Of a stretch of DNA of 64,000 nucleotides, positions 10,001 through 18,357 are shown in pieces. Position numbers and translations under genes: made by a program. Source of the stretch: a bacterium (GTDB lineage Bacteria; Bacteroidota; Bacteroidia; Chitinophagales; JADIYW01); the NCBI GenBank assembly GCA_037189845.1, contig JBBCIS010000003.1, forward strand, positions 385,477-449,476. Reading direction: 5' to 3'. Position 1 is the first letter of the stretch, and each line of letters begins with the position of its first letter. The notes beneath the pieces were generated by a model. That model did no database searches. It saw only the letters and a program-made list of their open reading frames with translations, and was not told the DNA's origin.

Positions 10001-10839
10001 ACATTTACATTGGTGGTATCACCGAGTACGAGACTATTGCTCATACTCACCTGGGCATTATAACCTATAGCCGTGGCATTTGTCAAATTACTAAATATAA
10101 CGCCTGCATTATAGCCAAGTGCTGTATTATTATTCCCGGAACCATTGGAGAAAAGTGAATACCTGCCAGTAGCAGTATTATTATTTCCCGTATTATTAGA
10201 ATAAAGCGCACCATCTCCATTGGCAGTATTATTTGTCCCTGTGGTATTATGCCTAAGTGCGGTATATCCATTAGCACTGTTATTGCTTCCTGTTGTATTG
10301 TTGAGGAGACTATACATTCCAAAAGCAGAGTTTCCTATTCCGGTATTAACATCCAGACTTCTGTACCCAATAGAGGTATTAGCCCTAATACTATCTATTC
10401 GCCCTGATTTTTGATTATTGACTCTGAAATTCAGCGGACTGCCGTCCGTAGTACCTATAAAATGTGTGCCGTCTACAGTGCCGGAGTTACCAGTAAGAGA
10501 CCAATCGTCACTAAGCTCTCCGGCTGTGATTAATTTTGTCCAGACAGGTGTAACAACACTGCCGGCATTATAATAAAAACCAGTTCCTCCCCCGATGGAG
10601 GAATTGATGTTCCAGACTAAGAGAGATGTAGCAGGATTGGGAATAGTAACAGCATCTGATGTACTGTTCAGAAAAACTCTGGGTATCAGCAGGCCTTTGT
10701 TGCTCGCACTGATGTCCAGCATGGCAGAGTTGTCAGGAGCAGCCCCGGTAGAATTGATACCGATATTTTGTGCCGGTGCCCCGGAATATTCGATAAATAA
10801 GAATACTATCAGTAAACTGATCTTTAATTTATCTTTCAT
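7048..10839 (-). CDS. secreted tail-fibre-like repeat protein with C-terminal intramolecular chaperone (peptidase S74-type) auto-processing domain
   Basis: Signal peptide MKDKLKISLLIVFLF. Dozens of ~14-17-aa N(T/N)xxGxxAL-type repeats, predicted beta-helix. Internal segmental duplications (WSLTGNSGT[VM]DGTHFIGTTD...NFRVNNQK and GIGT..P...LDI.GQ.RIRGG.PG.GKVLTSDA.GVA.W). C-terminus SDRRLKHNIQPL...IGFIAQDVQ resembles the endosialidase/tailspike chaperone domain with a DxRxK-type cleavage region. Confidence 0.8.
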   Translation of the reverse strand: MKDKLKISLLIVFLFIEYSGAPAQNIGINSTGAAPDNSAMLDISASNKGLLIPRVFLNSTSDAVTIPNPATSLLVWNINSSIGGGTGFYYNAGSVVTPVWTKLITAGELSDDWSLTGNSGTVDGTHFIGTTDGSPLNFRVNNQKSGRIDSIRANTSIGYRSLDVNTGIGNSAFGMYSLLNNTTGSNNSANGYTALRHNTTGTNNTANGDGALYSNNTGNNNTATGRYSLFSNGSGNNNTALGYNAGVIFSNLTNATAIGYNAQVSMSNSLVLGDTTNVNVGIGTGAPTAKLDIVGQVRIRGGAPGGGKVLTSDASGVATWETPITGGGTLNEAYNFGGAGAGRVISANTGAVEINKTTQRQANLTISGQEYVTPSGNAASGIAIMAGVNRNNNKQLWITDQDAVTTPNATSAVVRIMPSRSLGVGVIDAIATDGSTLLPLILQGGGNRVGIGTSTPTQSLDINGQIRIRGGVPGAGKVLTSDADGVASWQNLTLANYWSLTGNSGTMDGTHFIGTTDNVPLNFRVNNQKAGRIDTTGRNTSLGYRSLETNTGTANSAFGMNALRNNTTGNNNTAIGAESLYSNRAGYRAVAIGSGAMYYANSTATSFDSRNTAIGYEALRGSTNAVNNTGYNNTVVGYQSMWENTTGYANSAIGERTLWANRTGYSNTALGQGALWNNNSGYENTVVGRDALMRNMDGNLNTAVGFETLHNNVAGSHATAIGSRAMYYTSSRVTAFENYNVAVGYEALRGSTNAAINIGNNNTATGYQSLFSNRSGNDNAVYGYQALYQNTSGYNNMAYGSQVLYQNTSGYNNIACGFQALYQNTVGNNNTAIGVEALYSNRAVSRTIAIGYRAMYYANSRITSFDSKNIAIGYEALRGSANAANNTGYNNIAVGYQSMFNTTTGYANTAMGESALYANTTGYRNTAIGSGTLWQNTEGYQNTAIGRGALLRNTMGNNNTAIGVEALVENTIGNQNTAVGMHALLRNIRGSGATAIGDSAMCYANNTLTAFINQNVAIGKGALRGSNNPSINTGNANTAVGFRSLQNNSSGGMNVTLGTNTLVSNTLGGQNTAIGYQALLGNTIGSNNVALGSSAGDALVTGDNNVMIGYNAQASAINASNEVTIGNNAHNVYRMFAASWTNASDRRLKHNIQPLKPGLDFVMRLQPVEYVYNNSDTERKTIGFIAQDVQSNLQAHQMEGYNLVSQLDEKYLGLNTTELIGVLTKAIQEQQQIINTLGAELSTQKTHNSDLEKRLIKLEMMKE
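8366..8518 (-). repeat. 3 x 51-bp in-frame tandem repeat inside the tail-fibre-like gene (a further partial copy at ~8315-8365)
   Basis: Units GTGTTCTGATAAAGGGCCTGAAAACCGCATGCTATATTATTATATCCGCTT x3 at >85% identity, encoding 17-aa repeats. Confidence 0.85.
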
Positions 10840-10975
10840 CTCATGCTACTATAATGGTCAAACAAATACCGACAGACTTCCTGAAAAGAGCTGTCGCAGG
10901 GTAGTCGACAAATATATTGTTGAGATATATTTTAAAAAATAGCCATTTTAGCTATTTTTTAAAGATAAAGTGCGC

Positions 10976-11740
10976 TTAAATGCTCAACAAGTTACATACT
11001 TCCACTATAGCAGTATTGTTGCGTAATCCTAATCTGTTTCTGACAGCTTTCAGATGATTATTCACAGTATGTACACTGATAAATAATTTTGCTGCAATCT
11101 CGTTAACCTTCATACCTGCTGCCCAATGCCTGATACAGGACAACTCTATATCGGAAACAATTTCTTTGTTTCTTATTTTTTTCTGATCCGAAAACCAGGT
11201 ATATACATTTTCTCCGGTATTGATCCGGAACCAGTATACATCACCTTCCAGCAAATGAGTTACGTCTTTTTGATAAGACAAAAGTATCTTGGACTGTTTC
11301 TGTCCGTTTAATATCATAGGGACAACATGCCAGATCAATCTGATAGCATCTCCGCGTAAAGTTGTTGCCTTTGCCCCGCAAAAAGTGCTGCTGAAATACA
11401 TCTTTTCCTGATCGGAAAACTTTTCCATGAGTTCTTCATGCACCTTTATGCACTCACCAAGAGTTCGGATATCATCCAGGACTTTCGGATAAAACTCTTT
11501 AAAAGAATGAATACTTTCCGTTGTCTCTACTCCCCAAAACTGGTTGAAATTGGGAGTTACGTTTTCGTAATTGAGTGTGACTTTATTCAGAATCATCAAT
11601 ACGATATTATGACTCTCGGCATACTCATTTAAAAAAGCAAAATATTGCTTCAAATCGGATTCTTCTAATTTTTCAAAATCATCAATATTACTGATAGTAT
11701 TAAATATTGCTTCTGCCTTTGTAGTGATTAAAGAATTCAT
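10976..11740 (-). CDS. LuxR/GerE-family HTH transcriptional regulator with uncharacterised N-terminal domain
   Basis: C-terminal ELSCIRHWAAGMKVNEIAAKLFISVHTVNNHLKAVRNRLG is a GerE/LuxR HTH. No receiver or autoinducer-binding signature seen N-terminally. Confidence 0.75.
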   Translation of the reverse strand: MNSLITTKAEAIFNTISNIDDFEKLEESDLKQYFAFLNEYAESHNIVLMILNKVTLNYENVTPNFNQFWGVETTESIHSFKEFYPKVLDDIRTLGECIKVHEELMEKFSDQEKMYFSSTFCGAKATTLRGDAIRLIWHVVPMILNGQKQSKILLSYQKDVTHLLEGDVYWFRINTGENVYTWFSDQKKIRNKEIVSDIELSCIRHWAAGMKVNEIAAKLFISVHTVNNHLKAVRNRLGLRNNTAIVEVCNLLSI

Positions 11741-12266
11741 TGCTGTATTTCCCTGATATTATCAAAGATAAAATTTAATAACTCGTTAGCTGCTTTATCT
11801 TACAAGCAATTTTGAATCATTTCCTGCTGCCCTTTGACCACATTAATAAGCAACCAGTTTGCTTTTATCTATCAACCTGAAGGAATAGGATAACCGTTTC
11901 CTGATACGGCTCAGTGATGGTCTCTGGATGTTGAGATAGGAAGCGATGTGATAAAGTGGAAGCTGATTAAATATGTCGGGATGTCGTTTGATCAGGTTCA
12001 GATATCGCTGCTCCGTTTACCACAAAACCAAAATGTGTACAAACTGATTTCTATTGATTATAGAAATCTCCTTTATTGTACGTTCTGTATTGCCAGTATG
12101 ATAATGATTTCTCAAATTCCTCCGGAGCAAGCCCAGCGAAATGATGAAAAATCACGGATAATCTTTGATAGCCGGCATTCATGAACATTTAATTTATATT
12201 CATGAAATATATCATTATGAATAATTTATAAAAAATTACTCCTCTGAAAACAAAAGCAATTTTCCA

Positions 12267-13538
12267 TTATTTACTGATGACAAGCTTTGAAATGCTGCTC
12301 TGTCCGGCATCATCTGTCACAGTCACAAGATAAATTCCGTTTGGCGCATCCAGCTGAATTTCCTGTAGCATTTTTGTCAATCTGATTTCTTTCATCAGCT
12401 GACCGTTCATAGAGTGTATCTGTACAAGGGTCTTGGATTTTAATTCCGGAGTCTGTACTATAAAGCTTCCCTGGCTTGGATTCGGATATAGTCTGAGCGC
12501 TGTGATATTTCTGTTTTTCAACCCGGTAGTCACAGTAGTATCAGCATAATATTTGCATTGAGAATCGTATAAAAAATCTACTGCTTTTTCCAAAGCAAAT
12601 TCAGGCATCAGATCATCCACGGGATGTGCAGCACCATTTACGATGTGTTTTACAACCCGGGCACCGATGCTTTCTAATCTGGGAACATAATGCTGGGCTC
12701 CATAAAATTTACCAAGATGGCAGGCAGCAACATAGAAACATCCATGGTTATACGGTACTGACGGATCTGCATTGTGGTGTAACGCCATCACATCTACATC
12801 ATTCTTCTCTCCTATCCAGTCCACTTCAGCCAATGCGCCGCTGTCTACTATCAGATTTCTGACAGTATTGGTAGAACCGTATTGCAGATGTTCTGATGTA
12901 GTCCCTTCAAAATCACCTCCCAAAGTGGTCAGCGCCTGTCTCCATGACCCGCTCAATTCATCAGACTCATCCAGAAAAGCAGTATGAATCACTCCGATAG
13001 CTCCTGCTGACGAGCCGTATAAGGTAATGTTGTTCGTATCTATCCCAAAAGGGTTATCTGCTTCTGCAGCTGTGTACTTTAAATACCTGATAGCGCCTTT
13101 TATATCATGGACACTTCGGATAATGGCTCTGTACCAGTTGATCTTATTGGCAAAGTAAAGAATGGGAAGCCCGTCCGGATCTTCTGTTTGCTCCAGGCGA
13201 TACTGCACTGCTACTGCTACATAACCACGTTTGGAAAGCTCATTTCCCATCATTTTCATGGTACTGCCCGTTTTATCTCCGGCAACATATGCTCCGCCGT
13301 GCATCAATAAAACTACAGGTCTGACCCGCATCGTATCATCCAGTAGCTCAGGCATGTAAACATCCAGAAATAAATCCTGCTGCTTTCCTAAATTGTTGGT
13401 ATTAGATCCGTATTTCACATTGGAAATAACAGCATTTCTATCAAAAATCTTATCTCTGAATCTGGCATCGCTGCATTGTGCCTGAATAAAGTTCTGAAAA
13501 ATCAGAAAAGCTGTAACTGATAGTAACAGGTGTCTCAT
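12267..13538 (-). CDS. secreted alpha/beta-hydrolase (esterase/lipase) with T9SS C-terminal sorting domain
   Basis: Signal peptide present. LLMHGGAYVAGD (HGG oxyanion motif) and YGSSAGA (GxSxG). C-terminal ~75 aa LYPNPSQGSFIV...GIYLVTVTDDAGQ...KLVISK resembles a Por/T9SS CTD. Confidence 0.75.
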   Translation of the reverse strand: MRHLLLSVTAFLIFQNFIQAQCSDARFRDKIFDRNAVISNVKYGSNTNNLGKQQDLFLDVYMPELLDDTMRVRPVVLLMHGGAYVAGDKTGSTMKMMGNELSKRGYVAVAVQYRLEQTEDPDGLPILYFANKINWYRAIIRSVHDIKGAIRYLKYTAAEADNPFGIDTNNITLYGSSAGAIGVIHTAFLDESDELSGSWRQALTTLGGDFEGTTSEHLQYGSTNTVRNLIVDSGALAEVDWIGEKNDVDVMALHHNADPSVPYNHGCFYVAACHLGKFYGAQHYVPRLESIGARVVKHIVNGAAHPVDDLMPEFALEKAVDFLYDSQCKYYADTTVTTGLKNRNITALRLYPNPSQGSFIVQTPELKSKTLVQIHSMNGQLMKEIRLTKMLQEIQLDAPNGIYLVTVTDDAGQSSISKLVISK

Positions 13539-13669
13539 ATAGCGTGTTTAGTAGTAGTTTGAGCAACTAATATACTAAATAGTATAAACTATGATGATAC
13601 ATTTATATAGCACGCAAGCATATTATAATGCAATCTGTATAAATCAATAACAGGCAGGATATCTGTGTA

Positions 13670-13707
13670 TAACAAGAAAAGTGCTCCGGCAGACCTGAAG
13701 CACTTTT
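13670..13707 (-). terminator. putative intrinsic terminator downstream of the Nfu gene
   Basis: Hairpin AAAAGTGCT-N13-AGCACTTTT followed by a U-rich tract on the minus strand. Confidence 0.45.
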
Positions 13708-13728
13708 ATCTGTCAAAGTTTTATCTAC

Positions 13729-14319
13729 TTATTCTCCTTCTGCTACAACTTCCTGTACTTCCGGAACAAATCTTTTCATCAATCCGTCAATACCTTGTTT
13801 CAGGGTGACAGTAGATGATGGGCAACCACTGCAGGAGCCTTGTAATTGTAAAGTCAGCTTACCATTCTCAAAAGAGGAAAAAGAGATACTTCCGCCATCC
13901 ATTTCTACGGCAGGTTTTACGTATTTTTCCAAAACTCCTTTGATACGGATTTCAAGATCAGAATCTCCATCTGCAACGGTGTTGGATACTTGTGTAACTG
14001 GTTTTTCGAACCCTTCTTCAAATACCGGCTGACCTGAATCAAAGAAGGATTTGATAGCCTCTTTAGCATGAATCATCAGCTCTTGCCATGTGATGGATTC
14101 GTTTTTAGTAATCGTCACAAAATTATTGCTGATAAATACGCCTTCTACTCCTTCCATTCCAAACAGCATAGAAGCGAAGGGACTTTTTGCAGCATCTTCT
14201 ATTTTTTGTAAATCCACAAAGTCGTTGGGCATTAAAGGCCTGTTGATAACAAATTTCAAAGTCAGCGGATTCGGAGTAGCCTCCGTGTATATCATGACAG
14301 GTACGATTTTCTGTTCCAT
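13729..14319 (-). CDS. NifU/Nfu-type Fe-S cluster scaffold protein
   Basis: Nfu N-domain plus C-terminal NifU domain with CSGCPSS motif; 196 aa. Confidence 0.8.
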   Translation of the reverse strand: MEQKIVPVMIYTEATPNPLTLKFVINRPLMPNDFVDLQKIEDAAKSPFASMLFGMEGVEGVFISNNFVTITKNESITWQELMIHAKEAIKSFFDSGQPVFEEGFEKPVTQVSNTVADGDSDLEIRIKGVLEKYVKPAVEMDGGSISFSSFENGKLTLQLQGSCSGCPSSTVTLKQGIDGLMKRFVPEVQEVVAEGE

Positions 14320-14353
14320 AGTGCTTTTATATTGATAACCTTAAAAAAGGAAA

Positions 14354-15109
14354 TTAGTTTGAACGATGAAAAATAGTGGCAGATGCCTGAGCTGCAGGAA
14401 GAATGAAAATCTCTTCGATATTTACATGTTTAGGCTGGCTGGCCATAAAATAAACGCTTTCCGCCACATCTTCTCCTTTAAGTGGTTCAAATCCATCGTA
14501 AGTTTTATCTGCCAGTTCCTGATTTCCTTTATACCTTACTAATGAGAATTCCGTATCTGCTGCTCCCGGACTGACTACGGACACTTTGATCCCATGCTGT
14601 ACCAAATCTATTCTCATACTTCTGGTCAGCGCCCGTACTCCGTGCTTGGTAGCACAGTACACATTACCTCCGCCATAGGATTCAATGCCGGCAAGCGATG
14701 CAATATTGATGATATGACCTTTACCGTTTTTAATCAGTATCGGTGTCAGCTCCCGGGTTACATACAACAATCCTTTGAGATTGGTATCAATCATCCTTTC
14801 CCAGTCATCATAGATCCCTTCCTGGATAGGGCCTCTACCCACAGCCAGTCCTGCATTGTTCACCAATACATCTATCTGAGACCACTTTTCATCCAATGCT
14901 GCAATATTTTCTTTCACTGCAGGAAGATCTCTGACGTCATAATTTTGTATCAAAACATCTACCTGATATCTGGATAAAATCTGAGATTTTAATTCTTCCA
15001 ATCTTTCTCTCCGGCGACCGGTAATCACGATATCCCATCCCATTGAGGAGAATTTCCATGCACAAGCCTCGCCTATTCCGGATGTCGCTCCGGTGATGTA
15101 TGCTATCAT
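14354..15109 (-). CDS. short-chain dehydrogenase/reductase (SDR)
   Basis: ITGATSGIGEACA (TGxxxGxG), NNAG and a YxxxK-type catalytic region. Start set at the internal Met (MIAYITGATSGIG), because the ORF-track extension to 15202 overlaps repeat copy C and encodes no plausible sequence. Confidence 0.85.
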   Translation of the reverse strand: MIAYITGATSGIGEACAWKFSSMGWDIVITGRRRERLEELKSQILSRYQVDVLIQNYDVRDLPAVKENIAALDEKWSQIDVLVNNAGLAVGRGPIQEGIYDDWERMIDTNLKGLLYVTRELTPILIKNGKGHIINIASLAGIESYGGGNVYCATKHGVRALTRSMRIDLVQHGIKVSVVSPGAADTEFSLVRYKGNQELADKTYDGFEPLKGEDVAESVYFMASQPKHVNIEEIFILPAAQASATIFHRSN

Positions 15110-15188
15110 AATGAAAAACTCAGTTGAGTAAAGTAAGCTGCAAAAGTAAGGGAATACATGGAGAATAAGAAAACAACTGGAAATAAGA

Positions 15189-15380
15189 CACGGCGTTCGC
15201 ATATAAAAGTTTATTGTTTGCCACTAATACACAAATTGATTCTTTCAGCATGACAAAGAAGTTTTTATTATCATGATTTATAGTCAGACTGTCTGTTCAA
15301 GAAAGAAACAAGACTCTTTATCCATTGATTAGTGAATTCGTGGCTATCTATTTTGGATGATTACCTGGCGAACTTTCGCT
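15189..15380 (-). repeat. MITE-like intergenic repeat, copy C (reverse orientation, one end divergent)
   Basis: Reverse complement contains AATCATCCAAAATAGATAGCCACGAATTCACTAATCAATGGATAAA...TGTGTATTAGTGGCAAACAATAAACTTTTATATGCGAACGCCGTG, matching copies A and B. Confidence 0.65.
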
Positions 15381-15505
15381 AAGAGCATAAAATTCTGATA
15401 ATCAACTTCCATGTATACTACCCAGGAAGGTAGTCATCAAAACTACCTGATTTCTATCCCTGCTGAAATTCTTCAGAATAAAAAAAGTTTGGAATTTCAT
15501 CAGCT

Positions 15506-16498
15506 ATGAAAAAGCACATACACATTCAACTTTTCGCGGTTTTGATTTCTTTTCTTTTACTGTCTACGGCATGTGACAAAGATGGAACAGAAATCATTGA
15601 CATTAAACTTCCGGATGTAACTACAAACCCGGCAACTGGCATGACTGATAACTCAGTAGTGCTTCATGGCACGCTGAACAGCGATGGAAGTGCCAAGGTG
15701 ACTGAAAGAGGATTTGTATGGTCTGCAACAAATAAAATCCCATCTCTTGCTGACAATAAAATTATCTCAACGGGTACTACGGGAAACTTTGAGGCGACTC
15801 TCAGCGGGTTGAATGAATTTACAGTTTACTACGTCAGAGCTTATGCAACCAGCAAAGAAGGGACCGGATATGGTGTAAATACTGAATTTAAGACGTTACA
15901 AAAGGCTATTGATGTCACTTGTGAAGCAACTATAACAGATGTGGATGGCAATACTTATCAGGTGGTAAAAATAGGCAGCCAATGCTGGATGGAGTCCAAT
16001 CTGAAAACATCAAAGTATAACGATGGAACCACAATCAGCAATCTGACTGAGAATGATGCCTGGAACAATTCTACTTCCGGAGCATGGTGCTACTATAAAA
16101 ACAATTCTGACTCAGCAATGTATGGCAAACTCTATAACTGGTACACAGCCAATACCGGCAAACTGTGTCCTGCTGGCTGGAAAGTTCCTACAGATGATGA
16201 TGTAAAAAAGCTTCTGGACTTTGTCGGGAATCCGGGTGCAGCTGCAATAAAATCTGTTTCAGGATGGCCGGAAGGATTAAATGGTATCAACTCCAGCGGC
16301 TTTAATCTGTATCCTGCCGGTGACAGATTTGCAACCAGCGGATTCACAAATCTGGGCCAGGCTGCTTTCATGTGGATCTCTAATGAATACAGCACTGATA
16401 ACGGAATTATATACGGTATGGCAGGTACCGTCACGAATTTCACTCAGATGAATCAAAAGAAAAATACCGGAGCCTGTATCCGATGTATCAGAAAATAA
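15506..16498 (+). CDS. lipoprotein with C-terminal FISUMP domain (paralog of 5041-6537)
   Basis: Lipobox LLSTAC. C-terminal QCWMESNL...GKLYNWYTANTGKLCPAGWKVPT closely parallels the 5041-6537 C-terminus. Fn3-like N-terminal region. Confidence 0.75.
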   Translation: MKKHIHIQLFAVLISFLLLSTACDKDGTEIIDIKLPDVTTNPATGMTDNSVVLHGTLNSDGSAKVTERGFVWSATNKIPSLADNKIISTGTTGNFEATLSGLNEFTVYYVRAYATSKEGTGYGVNTEFKTLQKAIDVTCEATITDVDGNTYQVVKIGSQCWMESNLKTSKYNDGTTISNLTENDAWNNSTSGAWCYYKNNSDSAMYGKLYNWYTANTGKLCPAGWKVPTDDDVKKLLDFVGNPGAAAIKSVSGWPEGLNGINSSGFNLYPAGDRFATSGFTNLGQAAFMWISNEYSTDNGIIYGMAGTVTNFTQMNQKKNTGACIRCIRK

Positions 16499-16547
16499 AG
16501 GTCAATTATCTCTGGTTCTGAAGAAACTCAAATCAGAAAATCACACA

Positions 16548-16572
16548 TTGTTGAAAGGCTGCCCGAATGGGC
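16548..16572 (+). terminator. intrinsic terminator
   Basis: GGCTGCCC-GAAT-GGGCGGC stem followed by TTTTTT. Confidence 0.6.
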
Positions 16573-16861
16573 GGCTTTTTTAATGGAAAGAACCCTGGTT
16601 TCTGATGCAAAAACATTTCTGAGTTATCTGTAAAGATTTCGTTGCGTATGCTGCGATAGCGATAGAGCCGGTTCCGAACACATTCGGAACAAGGTGAAAG
16701 CGCGCCCGAAGGGATCGCCCCAAAATATTTTTAGAGTAAACGTTGTCTCTGCCAGAAAAATTGACTGTTTCTTAATACAGACAGAGTGATAAAAAGAAGC
16801 GGATTTTTTCGATAGTCGAATAGTAAATGTAATTTTGTTCAATCTTATAACATAAAAATAT

Positions 16862-18055
16862 ATGCTACCTACATCTGACCTGTTGAACAGATTAAGCGAG
16901 TCGGCAACTATCAAAATGGCTCAGTTGAGCCGTGAGCTCGCATCGAAAGGCGTGAACGTAATCAGTCTTAGCCTGGGAGAACCTGATTTCAGAGCCCCTC
17001 AACACATAAAGGATGCTGCCAAGAAGGCATTGGATGCAGGATTCGACGGATATTCTCCTGTAGCGGGATATCTGGATTTGAGACAGGCTATCTGTGAGAA
17101 ATTAAAAAGAGACAACAACTTAGAATACAAACCGGAACAAATCGTGGTTTCTACCGGTGCAAAACAATCTCTTGCCAACGTATTCCAAAGCTTCCTGAAC
17201 GAAGGTGATGAGGTCATCATCCCTGCGCCTTACTGGGTGAGCTATCCGGAGCAAATCAAAATGTGCAATGCTACTCCGGTATTTATCACTACCAATGTGG
17301 ACAGCAATTTCAAAATCACTCCTGAGCAATTAGAAGCTGCTATCACTCCTAAAACTAAATTCATCGTGTACTCTTCTCCATGTAACCCTACGGGTTCCGT
17401 ATACAGCAGAGAAGAACTGGCTGGTTTAGTGGCAGTTTTGGAAAAATATCCTGAAATCGTCGTGGTTTCTGACGAAATCTATGAGCACATCAACTATGTA
17501 GGCGAGCATGCAAGTATCGCTCAGTTCCCGTCTATGAAAGACAGAACGGTAGTGGTGAACGGGCAAGCAAAAGGTTATGCTATGCCGGGATGGAGAATCG
17601 GATATATCGCTGCTCCTCTTTACATCGCTAAAGCTTGTGATAAATTGCAGGGGCAAGTGACTTCCGGTACTAACTCTGTGGCTCAGAAAGCTACTGTAGA
17701 GGCACTTCTGGGCGACCAGACTCCTACTAAGGAAATGCGTGCAGCTTTCGAAAAAAGAAGAGAGCTGGTATTGAGCATTCTCAGCACTATCCCTAACGTA
17801 AAATGCAACGTTCCTGACGGAGCATTCTATGTTTTCCCGGATGTGAGCGCATACTTCGGTAAAACTTTTGAAGGTGAAGTACTAAAAGATGCTGATGATC
17901 TTTGCCTGTATTTATTGAATGTAGGTCACGTGGCAGCTGTTTCTGGCAGCGGATTTGGTGCTCCTGAGTGTATCAGATTCTCTTATGCTGCTTCTGAAGA
18001 AACTTTGAAAGAAGCTTTCACAAGGGTAAAGAATGCATTGGAAAAATTAGCTTAA
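16862..18055 (+). CDS. aspC: aspartate aminotransferase (class I PLP-dependent aminotransferase)
   Basis: LSESATIKMAQLSRELASKGVNVISLSLGEPDF N-terminus; NGQAKGYAMPGWRIGY lysine region; 397 aa. Confidence 0.85.
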   Translation: MLPTSDLLNRLSESATIKMAQLSRELASKGVNVISLSLGEPDFRAPQHIKDAAKKALDAGFDGYSPVAGYLDLRQAICEKLKRDNNLEYKPEQIVVSTGAKQSLANVFQSFLNEGDEVIIPAPYWVSYPEQIKMCNATPVFITTNVDSNFKITPEQLEAAITPKTKFIVYSSPCNPTGSVYSREELAGLVAVLEKYPEIVVVSDEIYEHINYVGEHASIAQFPSMKDRTVVVNGQAKGYAMPGWRIGYIAAPLYIAKACDKLQGQVTSGTNSVAQKATVEALLGDQTPTKEMRAAFEKRRELVLSILSTIPNVKCNVPDGAFYVFPDVSAYFGKTFEGEVLKDADDLCLYLLNVGHVAAVSGSGFGAPECIRFSYAASEETLKEAFTRVKNALEKLA

Positions 18056-18072
18056 CCCTAAGTTAGTTATCA

Positions 18073-18108
18073 ATATACAAACCCAGTGAGCCTTACGGCT
18101 CACTGGGT
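18073..18108 (+). terminator. intrinsic terminator
   Basis: CCCAGTGAGCC-TTAC-GGCTCACTGGG perfect 11-bp stem followed by TTTTTGTTTT. Confidence 0.85.
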
Positions 18109-18357
18109 TTTTGTTTTATGGAACTTCAGGAGGTATTATACCGATGGCCATTCAATATAGATCAATCCCGATTCACTTTGTTTTCGGGATTACGTTACTC
18201 TTCATTTCAACTCCGTTTAATTGGTATAGTTTGTTGTTCTCCCGACTTTTTAGATAAAATATGGATAAAATGCAGATATTTTATATTTTTATGTTTATCC
18301 TGAGCATCGCGAAGGGTAGCATTTTTGAAAAAAATATGAATAAAATATGAATAAAAT

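Noticed and set aside
9116-10063. Several plus-strand ORFs (78-134 aa) inside the tail-fibre-like gene
   Set aside because: They are antisense reading frames of a repeat-rich gene and give low-complexity P/V/L-rich translations. The repeat periodicity is in the minus coding frame.
10935-10965. AAAAATAGC-N7-GCTATTTTT inverted repeat downstream of the LuxR gene as a terminator
   Set aside because: The stem is almost entirely A/T and too weak to call confidently. It may still contribute to termination.
7048-11740. Prophage remnant hypothesis for the tail-fibre-like gene
   Set aside because: No integrase, terminase, capsid, tail tube/sheath or lysis genes are present in either flank within the window.
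15110-15202. N-terminal extension of the SDR ORF (six-frame track start at 15202)
   Set aside because: The extension encodes MRTPCLISSCFLILHVFPYFC..., overlaps repeat copy C, and precedes the canonical Rossmann start MIAYITGATSGIG. The internal Met at 15109 is used.
16624-16914. 96-aa minus-strand ORF overlapping the aspC start, and possible riboswitch-like hairpins (GTTCCGAA-CACA-TTCGGAAC at 16691-16710)
   Set aside because: The ORF has no coding signal. The hairpins show no similarity to known riboswitch cores, and aspC is not typically riboswitch-controlled. They are left as unexplained local structure.
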